From: Pseudomonas phage Bise
DNA: 38,458 nucleotides
Strand: one strand, 5' to 3'
Sequence record: OR683401.1
A program made the position numbers and the translations under genes. This document shows, piece by piece, positions 1-9,262 of the stretch (within the stretch, counting starts at the first letter, position 1; every line of letters starts with the position of its first letter). Under the pieces are notes generated by a model. The model did no database searches, was not told the origin of the DNA, and worked only from the letters and a program-made list of their open reading frames with translations.

Positions 1-137
1 TGAACAGAACCACCATATTCCCTAGAGAGAAGGGACGATAAATCCCGGAAGAACCGGGAAATGGCCGGAAGTAACCGGATGGCCTTTGAAAACGTCTTGC
101 AAGGGTTGAAAACGCGGTCGCGGCGCTCGCCGGGCCA
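1..137. repeat. Candidate prophage left end. Begins 5'-TG. Contains palindromic CCGGAAGNAACCGG x2 (46-58, 66-79) and direct repeats TTGAAAACG x2 (85-96, 104-115) that resemble MuA-type end-binding sites
   Basis: Non-coding; lower GC than surroundings; GAAAACG / GATAAAT cores resemble Mu end repeats and the motifs at the opposite end of the window in inverted orientation. Confidence 0.35.
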
Positions 138-623
138 TCAAATGCCGCCTTCCACGAAGTCGGCCATCATCTCCATCAGCACCGACCGCGCCGTAGGCGT
201 CAGCTCCAGGTCGCTGCCTTTCTTCCTGACCGGCATGTACCCACGGGCTGGAATAGTAACCTTCTGGCCGCGCCCGGCCTTGCCGCCGAGCTGCTGGATG
301 GCCGCGTAGGGCTTCGAGACGGACAAACCGGCCCGGCTGGCGTCGTGGAAGGGCTGGACGCTCGGAGCCAGGCCACCGGGAGAGCGTTGCAGCTTCTTGC
401 CCGGCCAGTGGCCAGCCTTCTCGCGTTGCCGGATGGTCGAGAGCGCCAGCGGTTTCCACTTGTCGCCGCCCACTTCGCCTTCGCGCTCGAAGGCTTCCTC
501 GGTGAGCGACAGCACCTCGGCCGCGATACCAGCCATCAGCGGCTCGGGATTCTGGAGGCGTGCCCTGATTTCTGCCAGTTTGGCACTTGCCTGGTCGTTG
601 ATCTCGACGTTCATGTCGGTCAT
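138..623 (-). CDS. Mu G-like virion morphogenesis protein
   Basis: Internal ATG of ORF 138..842 lies at 621-623 and overlaps the F stop codon as ATGA; sits downstream of F as in Mu. Confidence 0.55.
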   Translation of the reverse strand: MTDMNVEINDQASAKLAEIRARLQNPEPLMAGIAAEVLSLTEEAFEREGEVGGDKWKPLALSTIRQREKAGHWPGKKLQRSPGGLAPSVQPFHDASRAGLSVSKPYAAIQQLGGKAGRGQKVTIPARGYMPVRKKGSDLELTPTARSVLMEMMADFVEGGI

Positions 624-1408
624 GGCTGGCCTCCGTGGTAGTCGGCGGCCGGGTTGTAGTCCCAGCCCGCGTCGGGCTGGAACGGCCTCTCCATGCCCGG
701 CAGCGTCAGGCGCTTGACCTTGATCGTGGAGCCGTCGCGCTGCGGCACGTCCACCTCCTGGATGTGGCCTTCGGCGGACTCGACCTCGTAGCCGTTGCGG
801 CGGACGGCCGAGGCGGTCAGGGGCTGCGCGCGGCACCGGCACTTCCAGCCGTTCGGCGGATAGGCGACCGACCAGCCCGCATCATCGTGGCGGAACACTC
901 GCCCGTGCATGGCTCGGTGGGTCGGCCGTGTGCGGTTGTCCAGCACCGCCACGTAGCGCCAGAAGGGATGCGTGGCCGTGGCCGCCTTCATGCCGCGCCA
1001 GCGCCCGGCCTGGAAGGCGGTCTGCATGTTCTGCTCGTAGATCAGCTTCAGGCGGCGCGGACTGCCCAGCTCCACCGGGCGGTTGGTGCCGGGATACACG
1101 GTGATCTCGCCGGTCTCGTAGTCGATCTCCTTGCCCCACCAGCCCTTTGCTTGCAGCGTCGGGGTGAGCTTGTCGATGAACTGCTGGTAGCTCTCGCCCT
1201 TGCTCATGGACTCCACCAGCGCAGAGCGGATGTCCTCCAGCACGTCATAGCCCGCCGAGCGCGCCACGGTGAAGGCGCGCCGGTGCGCCGTCTGCCAGAG
1301 GTCGCGCCAGGACTCGCTGACCTGCAAGCCCTTGGAGCGCAGGAACTCGACCGCCTGCTCGGGCGGCATGTTGAAGGCGGCCAGGAGGGTGGACTTGTCG
1401 ATGCTCAC
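620..1408 (-). CDS. Mu F-like head morphogenesis protein (gp30 family)
   Basis: 262 aa; conserved C-terminal HP...PNGWKCRC motif of the Phage_Mu_F / SPP1 gp7 family; follows the portal. Confidence 0.8.
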   Translation of the reverse strand: MSIDKSTLLAAFNMPPEQAVEFLRSKGLQVSESWRDLWQTAHRRAFTVARSAGYDVLEDIRSALVESMSKGESYQQFIDKLTPTLQAKGWWGKEIDYETGEITVYPGTNRPVELGSPRRLKLIYEQNMQTAFQAGRWRGMKAATATHPFWRYVAVLDNRTRPTHRAMHGRVFRHDDAGWSVAYPPNGWKCRCRAQPLTASAVRRNGYEVESAEGHIQEVDVPQRDGSTIKVKRLTLPGMERPFQPDAGWDYNPAADYHGGQP

Positions 1409-3015
1409 TCGGTCAGCTCCTGCCGCACGGCGTCAGCGCCGAACAGTTCGGACACGAACAGGGCGCGGGCGATGGCTTCGACCAGCAGAGCGTCATCGGT
1501 CAGCGGGTTTTCACTGGCCAGCAGCGCCAGTGCGTCCTCGGGGCCGGATGCCCGGCCGAGGGCTTCCAGCGCAGGCTTCAGCCAGGCGGCCGCCTGCGGT
1601 TGCAGTACGGCGGACAGTTCCTCCAGTGCGCCATCGAGCACGGCCTGGTCGGGGAATTCGGAACCGGCCGCTGCTTCCTCGCGCAACGCCGCCACCAGTG
1701 CGGCCTTGGCGTCGGCCTTCTTGGTCTTGGGGGCGGGCGGCTCCTCCTTGGCCGGAGCGGCGGTGCTGGTGGCCAGGACGGCCTCCTTATCCGAGGTCGG
1801 CTGGGGAATCCGCAGCCGTTCGTGTGCCCACTGCGTCGGGATTTGCATACCGATGGCCACCAGCTTCGGCAGTGCGTCGGCGTAGACCTTGATGTCCTCG
1901 CCTTCGGTCGTGTCAAACACCAGGCGGGGGCAGCGTCGGAAGTCGGCCCAGCCTTTATTGATGGCCAGCAGCGGGTAGATCAGGTCGCGGGTGAGCGTGC
2001 CCGCGAGCTGCTTGCAGTCGCTGTCGCGGATGTCCAGGCGCACTTCGTTGTGGATTTCGGCCACGCCGGAGCCGAGGCCGGTGGCCTCGGTGGTGCTGGT
2101 CAATGTGCTGCCCAGGATGGCCTTCGATTGCGTCTGCTCGCACCACTTAATCATCACCTCAAACGGCTTTTCCGAACCCTTCGCGGCCTCCTCGAACTCG
2201 ATGGCCATCGCCGAGGGGATGACGCCTGCGGCGTTGTGGCCGATGCCCGCGACGGCGCGCCAGAGCGTTGCCTTTTCCTCGGGGCTGGCGTTGCTCGGAT
2301 ACTTGCCGATGCGCAGCGGCAGACCGTAGATGTCGAGGAACTCGGCCAGGTCGCCAACCGAGAAGTGCTTGAACAAGTAGGGCCACACCAGCACGCGGCC
2401 CAGGCCGGAGCGCACGGTGTAGCCGGACATGGCCTTGTGGACGTGCATCATCCAGCCAAACGGGCGCAGCGGCACGCCGTCCAGGGAGCTGTCGCGCAGG
2501 CGTAGCTCGGTGCGGGTGTCGCGGTCGAAGCGGAACCAGGTCTGCGGGCGGTGGTTGAAGCGCACCACCGTCCAGTCGCTTCCAACCCTGTCCCAGTCGT
2601 ACTCGATAGGCGCGAAACCGTGCCCGATGGCGTCCAGCGCATCGAACATGAGGTCTTCCAGGTCAGTCATGTCCAGCAGCAGCTCCTTGGCATAGGCGCT
2701 GGCTTCCTCCTCCTCCTTGCTCGGGTTGCGTGGCGGCACGATGTCCCAGGGCAGCTTGATGACGGCGCGCTTGCGCTTGGACAGTTCGGAGAAAACGTGG
2801 CCATCGCGTTCCTCCATGTCGCGGAAAAGCTCATGCTGCGCGATCAAGTCGCCGTTTTCCGCGCGCTCCAGGATGGAGTTCAGGCGTGCGGGTGTCAGGC
2901 CGCGCGAGGGATGCTGCGCGACCTCCCGATGCAAGTTGATAAGTTGCGAGGTCTGTGCCTCATCCAGCGACGCCATGTTGATGGGGTTGCCGTATTGGTC
3001 GAGAAGTTTTGCCAT
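1405..3015 (-). CDS. Portal protein (Mu gp29 / DUF935 family)
   Basis: 536 aa; N-terminus MAKLLDQYGNPI... typical of Mu-like portals; lies between terminase and F. Confidence 0.8.
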   Translation of the reverse strand: MAKLLDQYGNPINMASLDEAQTSQLINLHREVAQHPSRGLTPARLNSILERAENGDLIAQHELFRDMEERDGHVFSELSKRKRAVIKLPWDIVPPRNPSKEEEEASAYAKELLLDMTDLEDLMFDALDAIGHGFAPIEYDWDRVGSDWTVVRFNHRPQTWFRFDRDTRTELRLRDSSLDGVPLRPFGWMMHVHKAMSGYTVRSGLGRVLVWPYLFKHFSVGDLAEFLDIYGLPLRIGKYPSNASPEEKATLWRAVAGIGHNAAGVIPSAMAIEFEEAAKGSEKPFEVMIKWCEQTQSKAILGSTLTSTTEATGLGSGVAEIHNEVRLDIRDSDCKQLAGTLTRDLIYPLLAINKGWADFRRCPRLVFDTTEGEDIKVYADALPKLVAIGMQIPTQWAHERLRIPQPTSDKEAVLATSTAAPAKEEPPAPKTKKADAKAALVAALREEAAAGSEFPDQAVLDGALEELSAVLQPQAAAWLKPALEALGRASGPEDALALLASENPLTDDALLVEAIARALFVSELFGADAVRQELTE

Positions 3016-3024
3016 TCAGTGCTC

Positions 3025-4716
3025 CTACCAGCCAGCCATGCGGCCGCCGTATTCAAGATCGGTGTCGGTGTCCATCTCATCGACCTGCGCATCGCGCCGT
3101 GGCACTTCCATGTACTCGGCCAGCCATTCATCAACCGGGTTGAGCGCGGCGAACTGCATCAGCGCACCGGCCACCGCGCCGTCGCCGTGCCTGACCAGGT
3201 CGGCGTCCTTCAGGTCTTTGCGCTCCAGCTTCGGCACCATCGGGATACCGTCGATGAACTCGACGGCGCGATGGTCATCCTCCAGCGAGGCGTCGCGCGG
3301 CATGGTGATGAATCCGTCCTCGAACAGCGAGATGTATTTGCCCATCCACTCGCCGTACCAGGAACGCGAGAGCGTGATCTCGTGGACGGGGCCGCCGGTG
3401 TAGCCGCCCGTTTTCTCATCGAACACCGCGCGCCCGAACTTGTCGCCGGTGTATTCCATGAGCGTCTGGCCAGGGCCGGAGGCATCGCCCGCGAACGTCC
3501 ACCGCTTCAGCTCGCCCAGCAGCGCCCAGAGAATCTGCTCCTGCTGCCGGGTCGGGGCGTTGGCCAGCTCCAGGATGAAGGGCACGTCGCGGCGCAGATC
3601 GGCCGTGATGCGGGCGGGCGTGATGACCGAGAAGTGACGGTGGCGCGCGAAGTCCATGCCGACCGCCCAGCGTCCGGCAAAGCCGCGCTGGGCCTCGTTG
3701 AGCGCGGGCATGAGCGTGGTGGCAATCCACGATGCGGCCCATATCTCGCGCTCCTTTTCCGACCGTTTCGGGAAGTCGTCGCTGAAAACGATGCGGAGCA
3801 CGGGCCGGATTTCCGGCATTGCCCGTTCAATCCAGACCGAGGGAATAGCCGAACCGTCGCCATCACGCGGAATCACGTCCAGCTCCTCGCGCATGGCTGC
3901 CTTGCGCGGGCCATATGCGGCCCGGATGGCGGTGTACCAATCCCTTTTGCCTTCTTCGGTCGCTGGGATGCCTTTCATGGCACAAACGCGCTCGTAGAGG
4001 CCGTTGGCCACGGCGTCATCGAACGTGATGCGGATGCACCTGGCACGCTTCCCGTAGCGCCCGGCACGGACGTCCTGCACCAACTGGTGGAAGGCGTTTT
4101 TCTTGCCGCGATGCGATGACCAGACGCGAATGCGGCCGCCCCAAATGAGCAGAGCCGTCGCTGATTCGAGCACCTTGGAAACGTCCTTGTGCAAGGCTGC
4201 TTCGTCCAGGTCAACCAGCCCTTGCAAGCCGTGGATGTTTTCCGGCCGAGAAGAAAGCGCCGTGACGCGGAACCCGCTGGCGAAGCGGACGCGGAACGCC
4301 TGAATCTCGCGGCTGGTGCCATCGGCCCGCTGGTCAAGGAAGATGTGCTGCTCAATGCGCGTCGCCTGGCCACGCGCCACGATCTGCGAGAACTTGCCGA
4401 CATAGCCGATGTATTCCAGACCCTTTTCACGGGTGTCGGCCATGTACCACACGTTGCTGCCGCCTGCTTCCTTGGCGGTGGCGGCGGTGATCGTGTCGGT
4501 CAGGGCTTGTGCGAACGTGATACCCGTGCGGCGGCCTTTCTCGCACACCGAGATGTCCAAGTCCTGCTGCATCCGAATCCAGTCCGACTGGTGCTTCATC
4601 AGCACCCCTTCGGCGAAGGGGTCGAAGTCGGGAGGTATCTGGCGGACGTTCTCCGGCAGCTCGTCCCACTCGACGATGCGCTCGGTATCGGGGAGAGATG
4701 CAGGAATACCCATCAC
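3025..4716 (-). CDS. Terminase large subunit (Mu gp28-like)
   Basis: 563 aa; position and similarity pattern of Mu-like terminases. Confidence 0.8.
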   Translation of the reverse strand: MMGIPASLPDTERIVEWDELPENVRQIPPDFDPFAEGVLMKHQSDWIRMQQDLDISVCEKGRRTGITFAQALTDTITAATAKEAGGSNVWYMADTREKGLEYIGYVGKFSQIVARGQATRIEQHIFLDQRADGTSREIQAFRVRFASGFRVTALSSRPENIHGLQGLVDLDEAALHKDVSKVLESATALLIWGGRIRVWSSHRGKKNAFHQLVQDVRAGRYGKRARCIRITFDDAVANGLYERVCAMKGIPATEEGKRDWYTAIRAAYGPRKAAMREELDVIPRDGDGSAIPSVWIERAMPEIRPVLRIVFSDDFPKRSEKEREIWAASWIATTLMPALNEAQRGFAGRWAVGMDFARHRHFSVITPARITADLRRDVPFILELANAPTRQQEQILWALLGELKRWTFAGDASGPGQTLMEYTGDKFGRAVFDEKTGGYTGGPVHEITLSRSWYGEWMGKYISLFEDGFITMPRDASLEDDHRAVEFIDGIPMVPKLERKDLKDADLVRHGDGAVAGALMQFAALNPVDEWLAEYMEVPRRDAQVDEMDTDTDLEYGGRMAGW

Positions 4717-5234
4717 ATGCCCATCAAGACTTGTTCGCGCCAGAAGCGGGCTTCGTCGGCATTGAGGCCACGGGCCTGGGCAGCGGTGTCAACGCGCGCG
4801 GCAGCTTCTTCCAGCGCCTGCTTGCGGGCCTCGGCCTGCCAACGCTTCTGCGCCACGGATGCCTTGCCCAACTCGGCCACGGCGCGGGCGAGCTTCGGCA
4901 GATCGACCGCGTCAGGATCGACGTTCATCTCCATGAGGATGGAAAACATCTTTTCCTGGGTGAGCCGCACCAGGGCATCGTTGACCGCGCCATCGTCATC
5001 GGGCGCGGCCTGTACCACGGCACGGGCCTGTTCGGTGACCAGGCGCAGGGTTTTCAGGCGCTCCTCGAACGCCTGGCCGTAGTTGTGCAGGCTGGACTTA
5101 CCGATGCTGTAGCCGCGTTTGCCCAGCTCGGCGGCCAGGCGTTCGTACTGGCTGAAGTTGTTCTCCACCAGCGCCTGGTCGAGCCATGCTTTAACGGGCG
5201 CTGGGAGCGCCTCCACCTTCGAGCGGCGCGGCAT
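4713..5234 (-). CDS. Mu gp27-like (DUF3486) putative small terminase / DNA-binding protein
   Basis: 173 aa, MPRRSKVEALP... N-terminus; 4-nt overlap with the terminase start. Confidence 0.65.
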   Translation of the reverse strand: MPRRSKVEALPAPVKAWLDQALVENNFSQYERLAAELGKRGYSIGKSSLHNYGQAFEERLKTLRLVTEQARAVVQAAPDDDGAVNDALVRLTQEKMFSILMEMNVDPDAVDLPKLARAVAELGKASVAQKRWQAEARKQALEEAAARVDTAAQARGLNADEARFWREQVLMGM

Positions 5235-5240
5235 AGCGGC

Positions 5241-5555
5241 TCACCAGTACTTGGCCGGGCGCGCGATGCCCGGCTCACACGCGACCGTGTACTCGACCAC
5301 GTCGATGCCGTAGCGGTCGAGCTTGCAGAACCACTGCGGCTGCGAGTCGCGGCCGGTGATCGTGACCAGGTTGCGCTCGGCCAGGTAGTCCAGGTTGCGG
5401 CGCAGCTCCAGCGGCGTCAGGTCGGGCAGCATCGGCGTGATCGCCGACAGCACCACCTGTTCGCTGGTGCCCACGGGCTGCGCGGAGTTGAGGGCCAGCA
5501 AGATCAGCCAGCGCAGGTTCTCGCGCCGTGCTTTTTCCAGGTCGGGGGTCATCAT
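5241..5555 (-). CDS. Hypothetical protein (possible winged-helix)
   Basis: 104 aa ORF; GC3-rich; sits between lysis genes and gp27. Confidence 0.4.
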   Translation of the reverse strand: MMTPDLEKARRENLRWLILLALNSAQPVGTSEQVVLSAITPMLPDLTPLELRRNLDYLAERNLVTITGRDSQPQWFCKLDRYGIDVVEYTVACEPGIARPAKYW

Positions 5556-5830
5556 GACTTCTCCATCAATCTTTCAATACGTGCTCCGATTGCATCCAGC
5601 TTGGCGTTGAGCACGGTCTCAAAGCGGATGGCGTCCTCGCGCCGCTGGTATTCCAGCGGCAGCTTGGTCAGCGTTTCGTTGAGCTGGTTTTCCAGCTTGC
5701 TCACGCGGTCGTTTTGCTGGTCGATGCGGGCGTCGAGCTGCCGCAGCAGAATCTTCCCGAACGAGGCCAGGGTGCCGATGAAGCCCAGCAACAAGCCGAC
5801 CAGGTGCCAAAAATCAACTTGAATGGTCAT
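5552..5830 (-). CDS. DUF2730-like membrane / coiled-coil protein of the lysis region
   Basis: Internal ATG at 5828-5830 overlaps the Rz stop as ATGA; predicted TM helix followed by coiled coil. Confidence 0.45.
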   Translation of the reverse strand: MTIQVDFWHLVGLLLGFIGTLASFGKILLRQLDARIDQQNDRVSKLENQLNETLTKLPLEYQRREDAIRFETVLNAKLDAIGARIERLMEKS

Positions 5831-6324
5831 TGCGCTTGCTCCTGCTGGCTGACCCACGATTGCAGCGCCTTCAACTGTTCGGCGACTTCGTGATAGGTGG
5901 CGTAGTTTTCGACGACGGTGGCGGCAGCGGTTTCAACGCTGGCGGCGGGCGCATCAGCAACTCTGGCGGGGTCGGGAAGCTGGCCTTGGGCGGCGGCGTC
6001 GTGGAGCACGCGGAAACCGCCAGGCAAATCGCAGGCAGCAGCAGACGAAACATAGATTGGCACCTCCTTGATGATGTCCTTGCCGCGTTCCTTCACCACC
6101 TGGACGCGGTCAACGTATTGCGTCACCACCTGTGTGGTGACTTCGGCTTGGGTGGTTGCGGTCTGCGCAGCGGCCAGCTTCGTGGCTTCGCGTTCGGCGT
6201 CCCAGGCCGCAGTGACGCGGCCCTCGCCGTACTGACACCCGCCGATAGCGGACACGGCAACGATGCCGACCAGGCCCAGCAGCTTCCAGGGCAACGCGCG
6301 GATGAGGTCGATGGCGGCGCTCAT
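5827..6324 (-). CDS. Rz-like i-spanin
   Basis: 165 aa beginning MSAAIDLIRALPWKLLGLVGIVAVSAIGG (N-terminal TM anchor) followed by a periplasmic coiled coil; ATGA overlap with the holin stop. Confidence 0.55.
   Translation of the reverse strand: MSAAIDLIRALPWKLLGLVGIVAVSAIGGCQYGEGRVTAAWDAEREATKLAAAQTATTQAEVTTQVVTQYVDRVQVVKERGKDIIKEVPIYVSSAAACDLPGGFRVLHDAAAQGQLPDPARVADAPAASVETAAATVVENYATYHEVAEQLKALQSWVSQQEQAQ
5871..6053 (-). CDS. Rz1-like o-spanin embedded in +1 frame within Rz
   Basis: 60 aa; lipoprotein signal LLLPAICLAVSAC (lipobox) then proline-rich; lies entirely inside the Rz ORF. Confidence 0.5.
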   Translation of the reverse strand: MFRLLLPAICLAVSACSTTPPPKASFPTPPELLMRPPPALKPLPPPSSKTTPPITKSPNS

Positions 6325-6563
6325 GGCTTGTCCCCGGCGTTGGCGACGGACGCGGCGATGCTGCCGTACTTGAGCGAGAGGAACTTCGAGGCGGTGACGG
6401 CACCGGCCACGCAGGAGAGGTAGGCCCACCACACCTCGGTTTCGGCCTGACCCACCCAATTCAGCCGCACGAACGAAACGGTGGCGGCGGCGTAGCCGAT
6501 GTTGGCCCAAATCTTCGTGTGCGAGAGGCGGCCGTCGCGGGAGACCAGGTCGATGAGCTTCAT
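6321..6563 (-). CDS. Putative holin
   Basis: 80 aa from MKLIDLVSRD...; two hydrophobic segments; ATGA overlap with the endolysin stop. Confidence 0.4.
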   Translation of the reverse strand: MKLIDLVSRDGRLSHTKIWANIGYAAATVSFVRLNWVGQAETEVWWAYLSCVAGAVTASKFLSLKYGSIAASVANAGDKP

Positions 6564-7003
6564 GCCGAGGCAACCTCCAGCGGGGTCTTGCCTGCGGCGA
6601 GCTGGGCCAGCGACAGGCCGCCCGTGTATTGGAAGTGCGCGTATTCGCGGAACGTCTTCCAGCGGCCAGCCCATTCCAGGCCAGCGGCTTCACCGAGCTG
6701 GCCGATGCGTTCCCACAGCTTGCCGTCTGCGCCGGTGGTGTTCCACACGGCCTTGCCGTCGCGCAGTGGTACCACGTCGAAAGCAACGCGCCAGTTGTGG
6801 AAGCTCTGGCCCGCCTTGGCGTTGGTCACACGCTTGCCGGGCGTGGTGCGGCCTTGCGCATAGAGGGCTGCCTGGCTTTCCAGGTCGCGGTAGGTGGAGG
6901 TGACGATGATGTCGATGCCTTCCCGCTTGCAAGCGTCGAGGAAGGCTTGCGCCCGCGCACGCACGGGCGGCAAAAGATCGTCTAGGGAGCGAGAATTTTT
7001 CAT
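6560..7003 (-). CDS. Endolysin, peptidase M15 (VanY/D-Ala-D-Ala carboxypeptidase-like) family
   Basis: 147 aa; ...IIVTSTYRDLESQAALYAQGRT...SFHNWRVAFDV... resembles M15 zinc peptidase endolysins. Confidence 0.7.
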   Translation of the reverse strand: MKNSRSLDDLLPPVRARAQAFLDACKREGIDIIVTSTYRDLESQAALYAQGRTTPGKRVTNAKAGQSFHNWRVAFDVVPLRDGKAVWNTTGADGKLWERIGQLGEAAGLEWAGRWKTFREYAHFQYTGGLSLAQLAAGKTPLEVASA

Positions 7004-7036
7004 GCCGCCATGATGGCGGCGGCTCCCTGGTGAGGT

Positions 7037-7057
7037 GATTAAAGTGCTTTAGTTTCC
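7037..7057 (-). promoter_or_regulatory. Late-promoter activator site (P_lys equivalent), minus strand: GGAAACTAAAGCACTTTAATC
   Basis: Copy of the 5x conserved dyad motif; centre about 43 bp upstream of the endolysin ATG at 7003. Confidence 0.5.
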
Positions 7058-7414
7058 GTCCGGCAGCAGTGGCATCTGCCGGGTGCTTAGGTCGCGTTGC
7101 CGCGCCCGCTTCACGATGTTTCTCACCTGCATTTCCGTGAGGTCGTACTTGTGCGCGAGCATCTTGTAGTTGTCCCCGTTGAACTCCGACCAGATTTGCT
7201 CATCGCGTTGCGACAGCTCATAGGACAAGCCGCGCGGGATGTACTGTTGAACGCCTCCGATCTCCGTGCGGATGGCCTCGGTGATGGTGAACGCAAGCGA
7301 CGTGGCTTGCGCGATTTCGTGCGTGACCAGCCGGTTGTAGATCACCTGGCCGATCTGTTCGAGCAGTTCCGGGTATCCATCCGGGAAGTGCATCATCGTG
7401 CTCTCTGGCTTCAT
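7049..7414 (-). CDS. Mor/C-family late transcription activator
   Basis: 121 aa; C-terminal ...YKMLAHKYDLTEMQVRNIVKRARQRD... HTH typical of Mu Mor/C; last gene before the lysis cassette, as C is in Mu. Confidence 0.7.
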   Translation of the reverse strand: MKPESTMMHFPDGYPELLEQIGQVIYNRLVTHEIAQATSLAFTITEAIRTEIGGVQQYIPRGLSYELSQRDEQIWSEFNGDNYKMLAHKYDLTEMQVRNIVKRARQRDLSTRQMPLLPDGN

Positions 7415-8061
7415 GGTTTCTCCCTCTTATCGAGTGCTGTTTTCAGTGCTTCCCAAGCAGTTTGCATGGGGTCAAAGGTCTGCCGGGTTTGCGCCAGGCC
7501 GACCGTGGAGCGCAGCCCGGTCAGTTCCTCGTCGCTCAATGTGACGCTGCCGGTCTTGATCGCTTCCGATAAGGTTTGAGCCATTTCCCTCACCTGGCCA
7601 GGCAGGTAACGCATGGCCCATTTCTTCAAAGTCTCGATGAGAGCTTCCGTCTGGTCGCCGTTCGTCCATTGCAGTGCGTCTACCTTGGCGATGCGCTTCA
7701 CATAAGCAGCCAGGGCTTCCTCGGATGGGTTCTTCACCACGCCCAACTGGTGCAGGAACAACCAGAGAGCGCGTACCTTCCGCGCCTCCGGGTATTGCGC
7801 CAGGGGACGGCCCGGCCTGCTTTGAGCAGGAGGCCGGGCCGACTTCACCCGCACCTTGAAACCGCTGCGCTTCATGCGCTCCAGGACGCGCTCCAGCTCC
7901 GGCACGCTCATGGCCGAGGTGGAGTCCTTCTGCACACTGCCCATGAGCAGCGCGCGGTATATCTCATCGTCCAGGCCCAGCTCGCGCTTGCCCACATGAA
8001 TGAGACGTATGAGGCGCTGGCGAGCATCCTGATTAGCGGCGGTGCGGGCGGCGGACTTCAT
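7411..8061 (-). CDS. GemA-like (Mu gp16 / DUF1018) regulatory protein
   Basis: 216 aa; 4-nt overlaps with both neighbours. Confidence 0.6.
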   Translation of the reverse strand: MKSAARTAANQDARQRLIRLIHVGKRELGLDDEIYRALLMGSVQKDSTSAMSVPELERVLERMKRSGFKVRVKSARPPAQSRPGRPLAQYPEARKVRALWLFLHQLGVVKNPSEEALAAYVKRIAKVDALQWTNGDQTEALIETLKKWAMRYLPGQVREMAQTLSEAIKTGSVTLSDEELTGLRSTVGLAQTRQTFDPMQTAWEALKTALDKREKP

Positions 8062-8756
8062 AGGGCCGCTCCCAGCGCCAGGCGCTCATCACCGCCCACG
8101 CCGCGATTGAGCTGGGCATCCCGACCAGCCCGATGCCCTGCTTGCATGTCGCCGTAGTCGCGCTCGGAGAGGTTGCGGCCCGCGTTGCGGTTGTGCCCCT
8201 GGAAGCTGGTCAGCGTGTGCTTGTGCTCCAGGTAGGCCGTGACGCGGGCCTGCGCAGCCGCGCTACCGGCGAAGTTCTCCACCAGCTCGGTTGCCGTCAT
8301 CACCCAGCCCTCGCAGAACAGGTCGGCGCGGCGCGTGCGAGTCGTGGTGCAGCGTTTCAGGGCCGTCTTGACATAGTGCGTCCGCGCCCGCTTCGCCTGG
8401 CGAAACAACACCTCGAAGGCGTAGCGGGCGATTTCGCCGGACGGTGCCGCGCCCACGAACACCCAGCGTCCGACTGGACGACTGCACGCCAGGAACACCG
8501 AGCAGTCGAACGCGGCGGCCACACGGGTGGCCAGGCCGCATTCCCAGAGGGCTGGCTTCTGCGCAGCACCGGCGCGGGTGCTTTCTTCCTGGATGTCGGC
8601 GTGCTCAACGTCCAGGTCGCTGATGCCGTGCATCTGCATCAACTTCTGCGCCTGACGCAGCGCGTTGGCCGCCTCATGCTCGTTGCTGGACTTCGCCAGG
8701 GCCAGGCACTTCTTGACCTTGGCGATGATCTTGTCGCGGTCGGCTTGTTCCATCAC
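8058..8756 (-). CDS. DUF2786-like conserved phage protein
   Basis: 232 aa; N-terminal MMEQADRDKIIAKVKKCLALAKSSNEHEAANALRQAQKLM... pattern. Confidence 0.45.
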   Translation of the reverse strand: MMEQADRDKIIAKVKKCLALAKSSNEHEAANALRQAQKLMQMHGISDLDVEHADIQEESTRAGAAQKPALWECGLATRVAAAFDCSVFLACSRPVGRWVFVGAAPSGEIARYAFEVLFRQAKRARTHYVKTALKRCTTTRTRRADLFCEGWVMTATELVENFAGSAAAQARVTAYLEHKHTLTSFQGHNRNAGRNLSERDYGDMQAGHRAGRDAQLNRGVGGDERLALGAAL

Positions 8757-9262
8757 GCCACCTCGACCTCGAACGGTTCGATGACGAAGTCCTCGATGCC
8801 GGTGACGATGTTGATGCCCGCGATGCCGCAGACGGCCTTGGGGTCGGCAAGCATGGCTTCCTTGTTCGGCTCCTCCTTGCTGCGGATGAAGCGGCCCAGG
8901 CCCAGCGAGCGCAAGGTCTCCAGCACCTTATCGACGCTGCGGATGCTGACGCTGGGCGGGCGCTGCCGCCACTTGACGAGGCCGGTGATGAGGTTGGCCT
9001 CCTTGCCACCGCCTGCCAGCAACTCGGCGCGGTGCGCTTCGCACCAGGTCTGGATGCCACCGGCCAGCGTGTCGATGCGGGTCTTGAGCGCCTCGATTTC
9101 GTCCTTGCGCCCGGCGGTGATGGCCGCGATCTGGTCGTTGATCTCGGTCTCCACCCGCGTCAGCTCGCGCTGTGCATCGCCCAGGGCGCGGATGGCTTCA
9201 ATCGTCAGTTCCTTGCTCTGGCACACCCACTGCGCGGCCTTTGCCTTTTTCTTCGTTGCCAT
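8753..9262 (-). CDS. gam: Host-nuclease inhibitor Gam (Mu Gam family, Ku-like)
   Basis: 169 aa; collinear similarity to Mu Gam (…LQRE..R.ETE.ND.IA.IT…GVQ.WCEA.R.EL..GGK..ANL.TG.V.WR.RPPSVSIR…LGL.RFIR.K.E.NKEA.L..PKAV.G.AGI…GIEDF.I.PFE). Confidence 0.85.
   Translation of the reverse strand: MATKKKAKAAQWVCQSKELTIEAIRALGDAQRELTRVETEINDQIAAITAGRKDEIEALKTRIDTLAGGIQTWCEAHRAELLAGGGKEANLITGLVKWRQRPPSVSIRSVDKVLETLRSLGLGRFIRSKEEPNKEAMLADPKAVCGIAGINIVTGIEDFVIEPFEVEVA

Noticed and set aside
22-459. Minus-strand ORF 22..459 and plus-strand ORFs 61..309, 345..641, 397..717
   Set aside because: Overlap the G gene or the putative left-end repeat region; Arg/Pro-rich translations; no support.
635-1885. Long plus-strand ORFs antisense to F, portal and terminase (e.g. 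635..1885, 1600..2505, 2551..4119, 4189..5082, 4698..5822)
   Set aside because: No RBS or start context; compositionally biased (Arg/Gly/Ala) translations; the opposite-strand ORFs have clear homology-type signatures.
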